Source: Acidimicrobiales bacterium (GTDB lineage Bacteria; Actinomycetota; Acidimicrobiia; Acidimicrobiales; JAKAVM01). From it: a DNA stretch of 36,222 nucleotides. The notes beneath the pieces were generated by a model. It saw only the letters and a list, made by a program, of their open reading frames with translations, was not told where the DNA came from and ran no database searches. The first letter of the stretch is position 1; the number at the start of each line of letters is the position of its first letter. Positions 23,011-31,324 of this stretch are shown piece by piece. Made by a program: the position numbers and the translations under genes. The stretch is from contig DAIDIS010000038.1 in assembly GCA_027451785.1 (NCBI GenBank), positions 1 to 36,222 of the forward strand, in the 5' to 3' direction.

Positions 23011-24102
23011 TCAGAGCCTGGACGATTCCTCGTTGAGAAGCTTCCTAAGTGATATCAATGGGCGAGATCCCATGTGAGAGATAATCTCGCTCGCCGCCAA
23101 CGCACCCGTTGCCGCACACTTATGGAGATCCGCTTTAGCAAGGAGTTCGCTCCCCACCTTCTGGCCCATTGGGCGGAGTGAGCCCGCAGGCTTCGAAGAC
23201 TCTCCTGCGCTGGTCGTAAGTGCTGCCAGAAATCCCGCAGCAAAAAGGTCCCCCGCACCGGTAGTGTCAACCACTTGGGCAGTTGCATGAGCCGGAACGG
23301 CAACTCTCTCGCGGCCTCTTACCACTACCGCGCCTGAGGCTCCGCGTGTTAGAGCTCCGACTGTGCCCGTTAATGCCACCCTGCTCGAAGCCTCGTCAAA
23401 ATCGTCGGTCTCGTACAGGAGTTTTACTTCCGACTCGTTCGCAAAGAGGAGGTCAACGTGGGTGTCCACCAGCTTCCTCAGGCCTTCCCGGTGACGCTCC
23501 ACCAAGAACGGGTCGGAGAGGCTAAGAGCCACCACCCTACCTGCGGCGTGCGCCGCATCGATTGCGAATCGAATGGACTCCTCCGCCGAGTCCCAAAGAT
23601 AACCCTCCAAGTAAGTGACCTTGGCGGAGCGGACAATGTTCACGTCGATGTCCTCCACCTCGAGCATCGAAGACGCTCCAAGGTAGGTCGCCATCGTGCG
23701 CTCAGCATCGGGAGTAACCAGCACGAGACAACGACCGCTTCCAGGCCCGCCTTCGAGGGGGTTCGAATGGTAAGTGACACCGGCCGTTCTGATGTCAGTG
23801 GTAAAAAGGCGGCCTAGCGAGTCTTCCGCAACCTTCCCCATATAGGCAGCCCTAGCCCCGAACGATGCAACTCCAACAGCCGTGTTGGCCGCAGAGCCAC
23901 CTGAGACGTGAACTTCCGGCTCGACCGATTCCGCAACCATCGCGGCTTCGGCTTCGTCACTGACAAGGGTCATTCCGCCTTTTCCCAAGCCAAGCTCGGC
24001 CACCTGCTCCTCGGTCACCTTTGCCAGAACGTCAACAATCGCGTTTCCGATGGCCAAAACGTCGAAGCTTGCATTCATGGAACTGCCGTCAAATTCCGTC
24101 AC
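23011..24102 (-). CDS. PfkB-family carbohydrate/nucleoside kinase, adenosine-kinase-like
   Basis: DVLAIGNAIVDVL, GGSAANTA, and DTTGAGDLFAAGFL (anion-hole motif). GTG at 24102; an alternative ATG lies at 24078. Confidence 0.8.
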   Translation of the reverse strand: MTEFDGSSMNASFDVLAIGNAIVDVLAKVTEEQVAELGLGKGGMTLVSDEAEAAMVAESVEPEVHVSGGSAANTAVGVASFGARAAYMGKVAEDSLGRLFTTDIRTAGVTYHSNPLEGGPGSGRCLVLVTPDAERTMATYLGASSMLEVEDIDVNIVRSAKVTYLEGYLWDSAEESIRFAIDAAHAAGRVVALSLSDPFLVERHREGLRKLVDTHVDLLFANESEVKLLYETDDFDEASSRVALTGTVGALTRGASGAVVVRGRERVAVPAHATAQVVDTTGAGDLFAAGFLAALTTSAGESSKPAGSLRPMGQKVGSELLAKADLHKCAATGALAASEIISHMGSRPLISLRKLLNEESSRL

Positions 24103-24173
24103 GTCTCCAAGGGTAGTCGCTTCGCGAAGGAACGGCGAAGATGTTTAAGCGGTTGGACTAACCTCCAATAGTT

Positions 24174-26792
24174 GTGAGCGCGATCGTTTCCCCCCAAGGC
24201 ACCGAAGAGAACTCCATCCGGCTTCCGAGGAACATTGAGCCGGTCAAGTACATCCTGGCATTGTCGCCCGACCTAAGATCGGCGACCTTCACGGGTACCG
24301 TCACCATTGTCGTCAAGGCAATCACGCCGACGGACCGTTTCGTACTGAATGCCGCCGAACTGAAGATAAAGAAGGCAGGTCTCAGAGGCAAAAGCGGGTC
24401 CTACTCCAAGTGCACTGCCAAGCTGGACGATGAGAGCGAAAGACTGACAATAGAACTGCCTCACACAATTGCTCCTGGCGAATGGGAGCTGGAGATCGAG
24501 TTCTCCGGTGTGCTGAACGACAAGCTCCGCGGCTTCTACAAGTCGACATTCACTGGGGCCGACGGCAAGCCTCACACGATTGCCACTACTCAATTCGAGG
24601 CCACTGACGCGAGGCGAGCATTCCCCTGCTGGGACGAACCGGACCGGAAGGCTTCCTTCGTAGTCTCCCTGGACGTCGACGCTGGGTTGACGGCAATCTC
24701 CAATGGAGCCCAGACCGAAGTGGAAAACCTGGGCAACGGCAAGAAGCGTGTTCACTTCGAAGAGACAATGGTCATGTCCACCTATCTTGTCGCCTTTGTA
24801 GTCGGACCACTGGTTGTATCCGAGTCGGTAGATGCGGGAGGGGTGGCTCTGAGGGTAGCCCACGTACCCGGCAAGGAGAACCTGACCTCTTTCGCGTTGG
24901 AATGCGGGGCACACGCTCTCAGGTTCTTCAAGGAATGGTTCGGAATCCCTTATCCGGGTTCGAAGCTTGATCTGATTGCCATCCCTGATTTCGCTTTTGG
25001 CGCAATGGAGAACTTTGGTGCAGTGACATTCCGGGAGACCGCCCTTTTGGTGGATCCGGAGCTTGCCTCTCGTGTTGAGTTGGAAAGGGTTGCTGACGTT
25101 GTAAGCCACGAGATCGCCCACATGTGGTTCGGTGACCTAGTAACCATGAAGTGGTGGAATGGACTTTGGCTGAACGAAGCATTTGCCACATTCGCTGAAA
25201 TGGCTTGCGTCGACGCTTTCAAACCTGAATGGAATCGTTGGGTAACCTTCGGGCTGACCAAGGGAACTGCACTCGGGGTGGACTCCCTCAGCTCAACCAG
25301 GCCCATCGAGTTTCCTGTAAATCGCCCCGAAGAGGCGCAGGGAATGTTCGACGTCTTGACCTATGAAAAGGGTGCCGGGGTTCTTCGAATGCTTGAGATG
25401 TACCTTGGGTCGGAGAAGTTCATTGGCGGCATACGCAAGTATCTGGCCACTCACAGCTACGGCAATGCAGAGACCACCGACTTGTGGGATGCAATCGAAG
25501 AATTCTCCAAACAGCCCGTAAGGTCCGTCATGGATACATGGATATTCCAAGGAGGCTACCCGTTGGTAGTCGCAGAGGCGGGCGATGACGGAGCGGAGCT
25601 GCGCGTGTCGCAAAAACCCTTCCGGTCGATACCAAAAGAGGCCCTCGGAGCAGCCCCAGATGCCATCGGTGACCGATGGAAAGTCCCTGTAGTAGTTGAG
25701 TGTCATGGTGGCGGAGGCGCCTCAGAGAATCTTGAGCACCGAGAACTCCTTGAAGCAGACTCGGTTTCACTTCCCCTACCCAGCGGACACTCATTTTCGG
25801 TGGTCAATGCCGGAGGATGGGGCTTCTACCGAGTGGGTTACGGCGAGAACCTGTTGGAGGCCATCTCCTCCAACCTGTCGCAACTGAAGCCCCTTGAGCG
25901 CTTCAATCTCTTCGGTGACATGTGGGCAATGGCTTTGGCGGGAGAGACCAGCCTCGCCAGCTACTTGCGGCTCGCCGCCAAGATCGGCATAGAAAGGGAC
26001 CCTAACGTATGGTCACAAGTCGCCGGCTCCCTGGGAATGATCGACCACATATCCACTGGCACAGCGCGTACCAAACTTCAGGAGTTCGTTCGCGCCATAG
26101 TCAAGCCATCCATCAATGCCGTCGGGATCCACCCCAATGCGGGCGAGGATCCGATGACCGGAACCCTAAGGGCGGTACTCTTCAGGACCCTTGGCGTAAT
26201 AGGGGCAGACGAGGAAGTGGTTGCCCTTGCACGCGAAATGCACGACAGCTACCTGTTGGAAAGAAACTCAGTCCCGCCCGACCTCGCCGGAGCAATTACA
26301 TCGGTTGTGGCCGCTCACGGGACGGCCAAGGAGTACAAGCAGTTCGTAGAGCGGTACCGCAGTCCCGCAAACCCTCAAGAGGAGGTAAGGTACCTCTTCG
26401 CTCTCGTTGGATTCGAGGACCCAGAGCTCTTCAAGAAAACGCTCGAGGCGGCGAGGACTGAAGTGCGAACTCAAAACGCGCCATTCCTGATCCAGGCTGC
26501 GCTGGCGTCTCGCACGGGTGGCGCAACTGCGTGGGATTTCGTAGCCACCCACTGGGAAGAGCTACTGACCAAATTCCCTGAAGGCATGATTCCTAGGATG
26601 CTCGACTCGGTATCCTCCCTTTGTGAAAAGGAACTTGCGGCAACCGTTAGGGCTTTCCTCTCCGATCACAAGCTGAAGACAGGTCAAAGGACTCTGGACC
26701 AGGCTCTTGAGCGCCTGGAGATGAACTTGAGGTTCGTAGAGCGTGAGACCGTAAACTTGGAATCGTCACTAGTCGAGTCGTTGGGTGGTTGA
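24174..26792 (+). CDS. pepN: aminopeptidase N (M1 family)
   Basis: The GAMEN exopeptidase motif (FGAMENFG) and the zinc motif HEIAHMWFGD...WLNEAFA (HExxH-x18-E) are present. Length is 872 aa. Confidence 0.9.
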   Translation: MSAIVSPQGTEENSIRLPRNIEPVKYILALSPDLRSATFTGTVTIVVKAITPTDRFVLNAAELKIKKAGLRGKSGSYSKCTAKLDDESERLTIELPHTIAPGEWELEIEFSGVLNDKLRGFYKSTFTGADGKPHTIATTQFEATDARRAFPCWDEPDRKASFVVSLDVDAGLTAISNGAQTEVENLGNGKKRVHFEETMVMSTYLVAFVVGPLVVSESVDAGGVALRVAHVPGKENLTSFALECGAHALRFFKEWFGIPYPGSKLDLIAIPDFAFGAMENFGAVTFRETALLVDPELASRVELERVADVVSHEIAHMWFGDLVTMKWWNGLWLNEAFATFAEMACVDAFKPEWNRWVTFGLTKGTALGVDSLSSTRPIEFPVNRPEEAQGMFDVLTYEKGAGVLRMLEMYLGSEKFIGGIRKYLATHSYGNAETTDLWDAIEEFSKQPVRSVMDTWIFQGGYPLVVAEAGDDGAELRVSQKPFRSIPKEALGAAPDAIGDRWKVPVVVECHGGGGASENLEHRELLEADSVSLPLPSGHSFSVVNAGGWGFYRVGYGENLLEAISSNLSQLKPLERFNLFGDMWAMALAGETSLASYLRLAAKIGIERDPNVWSQVAGSLGMIDHISTGTARTKLQEFVRAIVKPSINAVGIHPNAGEDPMTGTLRAVLFRTLGVIGADEEVVALAREMHDSYLLERNSVPPDLAGAITSVVAAHGTAKEYKQFVERYRSPANPQEEVRYLFALVGFEDPELFKKTLEAARTEVRTQNAPFLIQAALASRTGGATAWDFVATHWEELLTKFPEGMIPRMLDSVSSLCEKELAATVRAFLSDHKLKTGQRTLDQALERLEMNLRFVERETVNLESSLVESLGG

Positions 26793-27259
26793 GCGTGCAG
26801 GAAATTGAAGAATCGCTGAAAGAGACGCTTGACTTCTGGAAGATCGCAAGCGTCGCAAAATCAGAGAACCCGGTCATTCCGGTTGCCATTCAAGACATCA
26901 CCAACGGCGAAATGCTTTTTATCGGCTATGTCAATCAGCTCGCACTTGCCGAGTCGATCAAGACCAGGAGGGTCGTGCTTTGGTCGACCTCCCGCCAGGA
27001 GCTATGGAGGAAGGGAGAGACCTCGGGCGACATCCTCGAATTGTCCGAGATACGAGTTAACTGCGAGCAGAACTCGCTGCTGTTCCTTGCGACTCCGGTC
27101 AAGGGTGGGGCATGCCATACGAATGACAATGAAGGGAATGCAAGGCCCAGTTGCTATTACAGGAGAATCGTCCTTGATCCTGGAGGCGATAACACCGAAG
27201 CATCAAGGCAACTGGAACCGGCAGGGCTGGCAAGCACTGACTATTGGGCGGCCCCTTAG
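26789..27259 (+). CDS. hisI: phosphoribosyl-AMP cyclohydrolase
   Basis: LWSTSRQELWRKGETSGDILELSEIRVNCEQNSLLFLATP...GGACHT is the HisI core. The TTG at 26789 overlaps the pepN stop (TTGA). An in-frame GTG at 26795 is an alternative start. Confidence 0.85.
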   Translation: MSVQEIEESLKETLDFWKIASVAKSENPVIPVAIQDITNGEMLFIGYVNQLALAESIKTRRVVLWSTSRQELWRKGETSGDILELSEIRVNCEQNSLLFLATPVKGGACHTNDNEGNARPSCYYRRIVLDPGGDNTEASRQLEPAGLASTDYWAAP

Positions 27260-27286
27260 CTCAATCGGGTCTGGTGAGGCCTTAGA

Positions 27287-27586
27287 TTACGGCAGCCCTC
27301 CGGTGCCTTCCCCCAAGGCACTCTGCGAGTCGATCTTTTCTATTCTCTTCCTGACCCCGTCCAGTCGGGCCTGGGCTAGTGCATGGATGGTTCGCGCCTC
27401 TTCGTAAAGCGCCGTGGCCGACTCAATGCCCAGCTGACCGGAGCTCATGTTGTCCGCCAACTCTTCCAGTCGCTCGACCAACTGCTCGTACGTGAGCGAC
27501 GCATACTGGTCCTCTACCGCTTCCGTCGCCTTGCCAAGATCCCCTGGGCTCTTTGGGTTTTCCGGCATAATCCTCTCTTCGTTCAA
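27287..27586 (-). CDS. xseB: exodeoxyribonuclease VII small subunit
   Basis: LTYEQLVERLEELADNMSSGQLGIESATALYEEARTIHALAQARLD is the XseB helical hairpin. TTG at 27586 or ATG at 27568. Confidence 0.85.
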   Translation of the reverse strand: MNEERIMPENPKSPGDLGKATEAVEDQYASLTYEQLVERLEELADNMSSGQLGIESATALYEEARTIHALAQARLDGVRKRIEKIDSQSALGEGTGGLP

Positions 27587-27594
27587 TAGGGCTC

Positions 27595-28953
27595 TTATTG
27601 AGCTTTCCGGACACCGTCGCCGCCCTCGATCGTACCAATGCCTTCAATTGCGCCTGGCTCGACAGATGAAACGACGGCATTGGCCGAGCCATGTGCGAAG
27701 ACCATCCGAAGGTTCTCACCTGGAGAGATTTCCGATGACGATCGAATCGCTCTCCACCCAGGGCCGGTTTCCGATCCATGAGCAAGTCTGTCTCCTTCTC
27801 GCACCACCAACGCATACCCGCGCTCCAATACCCCCCTTGGGTCAAGAACGGAGACGATCGCCCAGCCATGAGACAACGCAAGTTGAGATGATTCCAGCCG
27901 ATGGGCAATCACGGTGCCCAAATCAAACCGGCTGAGCTTGGAAGCAGACTCGGCCAGTCTTGACCTCATCAATTCACTAATCCCATAGGCCTCCAATCGC
28001 TCGCCAGCGACCTCTACCCTGCTTCGCAACAGGTCGCTGGGAGCCATCTTGGCCAGCAATTGAACTTCCGATCTAATGCGTCCATATATGGCGAATTGAG
28101 ACCGGTCGGAAAGTCCTGCTAAGTGACCCCGTAGCCCGACTTCATCAGGTACCACGGCTACGGCTGCCAGAGACGGAGTACCACACCTAAGGTCCGCAAC
28201 CTCGTCACAAAGCGGACGGTCCCCCTCGTGCCCTATAGCCACAACGATCGGAACGGGGCAATCGGCAATAGTCCGGCATAGCAGCTCATCACTAAATGGC
28301 AATAGGGTGGCAGGGTCTCCTCCCCCGCGAGCCACAACAATGACTCCGGCACCATAGCGAACCAGCGAGCCAATGGCGTCCGTTACCGCTCCGGGCGTCT
28401 CGGGACCGCTAACCGGTACTGTCCGGATCTCCAAGGGATATCCGGGGAAACGCTGTGAGACTACGGACTCGATGTCTTCTCGAACGGCTGCCTTTGCTCC
28501 GCACACGACTCCGATCATCCTGGGCAGGACTGGGATGGGCTTTCTAGGCCGGGCGAGAATCCCGTCAGCCTCCAAGCGCTCCCGCACTGCAGCGATTGCC
28601 TGCGCTATAGCACCATCGCCAACCGGAGTTACGTACTCGGCTCGCAGGTTGAGCTGGCCTCGTCGTGAGATGAAATCAACGACGCCAACCACCCTTACGC
28701 GATCACCATGACGAGCCGTCATAGGAGAGTTGCGCGAAGGTGCCAATGCGACTTGGATGCTTACCGCCCTGTCGGCCAATGTGAAATATGTCCACCCCGA
28801 TGGACGGGTGATCGGCTTTACGACCTCACCCTCGACAACGACCTTCCCAATTCCACTGACCGCTTGGGAGATTTCCAAACAAAGCCTGTTGAGCGACAGC
28901 TCTCGCGCCGATGGCTCCTCGGTGTCAAAGAAGGAAAGGTTGCCCATGTTCAA
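27595..28953 (-). CDS. xseA: exodeoxyribonuclease VII large subunit
   Basis: An N-terminal OB fold (VVVEGEVVKP...GWTYFTLAD), the catalytic core VIVVARGGGD, and VAIGHEGD. The gene lies directly upstream of xseB. Confidence 0.9.
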   Translation of the reverse strand: MNMGNLSFFDTEEPSARELSLNRLCLEISQAVSGIGKVVVEGEVVKPITRPSGWTYFTLADRAVSIQVALAPSRNSPMTARHGDRVRVVGVVDFISRRGQLNLRAEYVTPVGDGAIAQAIAAVRERLEADGILARPRKPIPVLPRMIGVVCGAKAAVREDIESVVSQRFPGYPLEIRTVPVSGPETPGAVTDAIGSLVRYGAGVIVVARGGGDPATLLPFSDELLCRTIADCPVPIVVAIGHEGDRPLCDEVADLRCGTPSLAAVAVVPDEVGLRGHLAGLSDRSQFAIYGRIRSEVQLLAKMAPSDLLRSRVEVAGERLEAYGISELMRSRLAESASKLSRFDLGTVIAHRLESSQLALSHGWAIVSVLDPRGVLERGYALVVREGDRLAHGSETGPGWRAIRSSSEISPGENLRMVFAHGSANAVVSSVEPGAIEGIGTIEGGDGVRKAQ

Positions 28954-28996
28954 TTAGATTCTAGAGAGTAATGAAACTCGGGGATTTCAGCCACAC

Positions 28997-29599
28997 GTGC
29001 ACGCTCTCGTAATTCTCACCGTCTTCGGCATTATCGTCGTGGGCGAGCTTCCGGACAAGACGTTCATCGCGGAGCTGATTTTGAGCACCAAATATGAGGG
29101 CTTGCCTGTCTGGGTGGGCGCAGCCGGGGCGATGGCGATTCACGTAGCAATCGCCACGCTGGCCGGCCACCTGCTTACCTACGCTCCGAAAAGGGTTGTC
29201 GAAACGATAGTTGCGTTGCTTTTTGCTGGAGGCGCGCTGCTCTTGTTTCTCGAAAAAGAATCCAAGGAGGTAGAAAAGGGAAAGCAGGAAGCCGAAGAGC
29301 TTGAAGTGGCAGGTGCGCCCTCGTTCCGCAAAGTCACGGCGCTGGCCTTTGGGGTGATCTTCCTGGGAGAGTGGGGGGACTTGACGCAGGTTCTGATGGC
29401 CAACCTAACCGCCAGGTACCACTCAGTGCTGAACGTTGCGATCGGTTCTCTCGCCGGGCTTTGGGCTACTGTCACTCTGGCAGTGCTTTCGGGAAGGACA
29501 ATAGTGAAATACGTCCCACTTGCGATGATTAGGCGGGTAGCAGGAGGCGTGCTGGCGATTTTTGCAGTTGTAAGCGCGGTTCAGGCTTTTAACTCGTGA
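28997..29599 (+). CDS. TMEM165/GDT1 (UPF0016) family cation (Mn2+/Ca2+) transporter
   Basis: Two copies of the signature E-x-G-D-(K/L)-T are present: GELPDKTF and GEWGDLTQ. There are six TM helices in two halves. Confidence 0.85.
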   Translation: MHALVILTVFGIIVVGELPDKTFIAELILSTKYEGLPVWVGAAGAMAIHVAIATLAGHLLTYAPKRVVETIVALLFAGGALLLFLEKESKEVEKGKQEAEELEVAGAPSFRKVTALAFGVIFLGEWGDLTQVLMANLTARYHSVLNVAIGSLAGLWATVTLAVLSGRTIVKYVPLAMIRRVAGGVLAIFAVVSAVQAFNS

Positions 29600-30234
29600 T
29601 TCGCAAAATGAGCGATCAGCTCCTTTCGGTAGCGAAGGGTGCCAAAGGGTTCATGCCCGAAGATGAAGGCCAAGCTCTTTATGAGGCCGCCTTTGAAGCA
29701 GCTGTCGGCGTTCCGGGGCCATTAGTCGAGATCGGATCATACTGCGGCAAGTCCGCCGTTTACGTCGGAGCTGCGGCGCGAGAGGCCGGAAGGGTCCTTT
29801 TCAGCGTCGACCACCATCGCGGCTCCGAGGAGAACCAAGCCGGCTGGGAACATTATGATCCTTCCATCGTGGACCCTGACACCGGTCTCATTGACACATT
29901 GCCCTTCTTCAGGAAGACCATCTCGGCTGCCGGTCTGCACGATTTCGTTGTCCCCGTCGTAGGTGACTCAATTACGGTTGCGGCGAATTGGTCGACTCCG
30001 CTTTGCTTTCTGTTCATAGACGGCGGCCACGGAGAAGAGCCCGCATGGAACGATTATCGGAGTTGGTCCAGGAAGGTCGCTCCAGGAGGCACGCTTGCGA
30101 TCCATGACGTTTTCGAAAACCCTGCGGACGGAGGCCGACCACCCTACGAAATCTATCGTGAAGCAATCTCTTCCAGAGAGTTTGAGGAGACTTCGGAGCG
30201 AGGGAGTCTTAGGATCCTGAGGCGGCTGGGTTAG
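29596..30234 (+). CDS. class I SAM-dependent methyltransferase (small, O-methyltransferase-like)
   Basis: LVEIGSYCGKSAVYVG is SAM motif I. FLFIDGGHGEE and LAIHDV are also present. The GTG at 29596 forms a GTGA overlap with the GDT1 stop. An alternative ATG lies at 29608. Confidence 0.8.
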   Translation: MIRKMSDQLLSVAKGAKGFMPEDEGQALYEAAFEAAVGVPGPLVEIGSYCGKSAVYVGAAAREAGRVLFSVDHHRGSEENQAGWEHYDPSIVDPDTGLIDTLPFFRKTISAAGLHDFVVPVVGDSITVAANWSTPLCFLFIDGGHGEEPAWNDYRSWSRKVAPGGTLAIHDVFENPADGGRPPYEIYREAISSREFEETSERGSLRILRRLG

Positions 30235-30322
30235 GTGCCGTACCTTGGCTTTCACCTTCAAGACGGCTTCGCGCCTTTGTCTCCGTCTTCGCGCCTCCGG
30301 CGTGGCTTCGCCTCCGAAGACT

Positions 30323-31324
30323 TTAGTGAACCAGGTCGTCTTTCAATCTGAAGATGGCAGACTCCTTGCCCGTGCCCCACAGTGCGCTCCAGGCCAAGAC
30401 CATGGCTCCAGCGGTATAGGTGGAACGTTCACCACCCGGGAAATGCAGCTTTTCGGGTAAAGCCCAGCCCGTAAAATACGAGCCATCGGGCTCCCTCATG
30501 AACTGAATCCAGCGGAAGAGACTCTCGCCTTCGGCTGTCATGGAAATCCGATCAAGTGTCATGACCAATTCCGCAGTCTCCGCAGCGGTAACCCACGCCT
30601 GGTCTGACACACATCTCACTCCAACGCCTTCTTCGACAAACTCGCTCCAGCGTTCACCAATCCGGTCTCGGGAGGCCTGATCGTCCAGCGCTCCACAGAG
30701 TGCCGGGTAATACCAATCCATCGCCCACCGACGCTTGGGCTCGAAGTTGAAGTCACCTTCGGCTATAGCGCTGTCCAGCGCCCTCTTCGCCGAGTCCCAC
30801 TCGGGTTGCTCTTTCCCCATTAGGGCCGATAGGGCCAGGGCGCAGCCGATGCTGTGCGAAATCGACGACGATCCAGTCAGAAGTGCAAACTTACCCATGG
30901 CGCCATCCGGCTCAGTGCACCAGGAAACCGTACCTTCGGGCCTTTGGTGCGATACTACGAAGTCAATTGCCCGCCGCACGGTCGGCCACATCTCCTCGAC
31001 AAAACCCATATCTTTGGTCGCTAGGTAGAAATGGAGCACTCCAGTGGCGACGTAGGCGCAGACATTAGTGTCTTTCCGGTAGTCCTCGACAGAGTTACCG
31101 ACGTAATAGTTGAACCAGGAGCCATCCGCCTCTTGCGTCACTCGGAGCCACTCGTACGCTTTCTCGGCATGAGCCTTGTGGCCGGTAACCACCAGAGCCA
31201 TCGCGGCCTCCACATGGTTCCAGGGATCCGCATGGCCACCCTCGAACCACTGAATCATTCCGCTGGGCAATTGTGCTGCAGTTATCGACTCCCCCGTGGC
31301 TGAAAGCTCTTGGCTTGTCAGCAT
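30323..31324 (-). CDS. single (alpha/alpha)6-barrel protein, prenyltransferase/terpene-cyclase-like repeats (possibly a glycan hydrolase)
   Basis: Repeated QW-like motifs are QEADGSWF, HQRPEGTVSW, and MREPDGSYF. Length is 333 aa. No DxDD motif is present. Confidence 0.65.
   Translation of the reverse strand: MLTSQELSATGESITAAQLPSGMIQWFEGGHADPWNHVEAAMALVVTGHKAHAEKAYEWLRVTQEADGSWFNYYVGNSVEDYRKDTNVCAYVATGVLHFYLATKDMGFVEEMWPTVRRAIDFVVSHQRPEGTVSWCTEPDGAMGKFALLTGSSSISHSIGCALALSALMGKEQPEWDSAKRALDSAIAEGDFNFEPKRRWAMDWYYPALCGALDDQASRDRIGERWSEFVEEGVGVRCVSDQAWVTAAETAELVMTLDRISMTAEGESLFRWIQFMREPDGSYFTGWALPEKLHFPGGERSTYTAGAMVLAWSALWGTGKESAIFRLKDDLVH

Noticed and set aside
24120-24129. Perfect 10-bp palindrome CTTCGCGAAG in the kinase/pepN divergent region
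   Set aside because: It is short and GC-rich and could easily occur by chance in this composition. It has no second half-site or repeat and no adjacent regulator, so I did not promote it to a finding.
28954-28996. yybP-ykoY Mn2+ riboswitch upstream of the GDT1/UPF0016 transporter
   Set aside because: Only 43 nt separate the divergent xseA start from the transporter start, which is too short for the riboswitch. No matching conserved loops were seen in the adjoining sequence.
30323-31324. The 333-aa QW-repeat protein as the missing squalene-hopene cyclase
   Set aside because: It is about half the length of an SHC and forms a single barrel. I could find no DxDD protonation motif. It is operonic with a GT4 and a methyltransferase rather than with the hpn genes.
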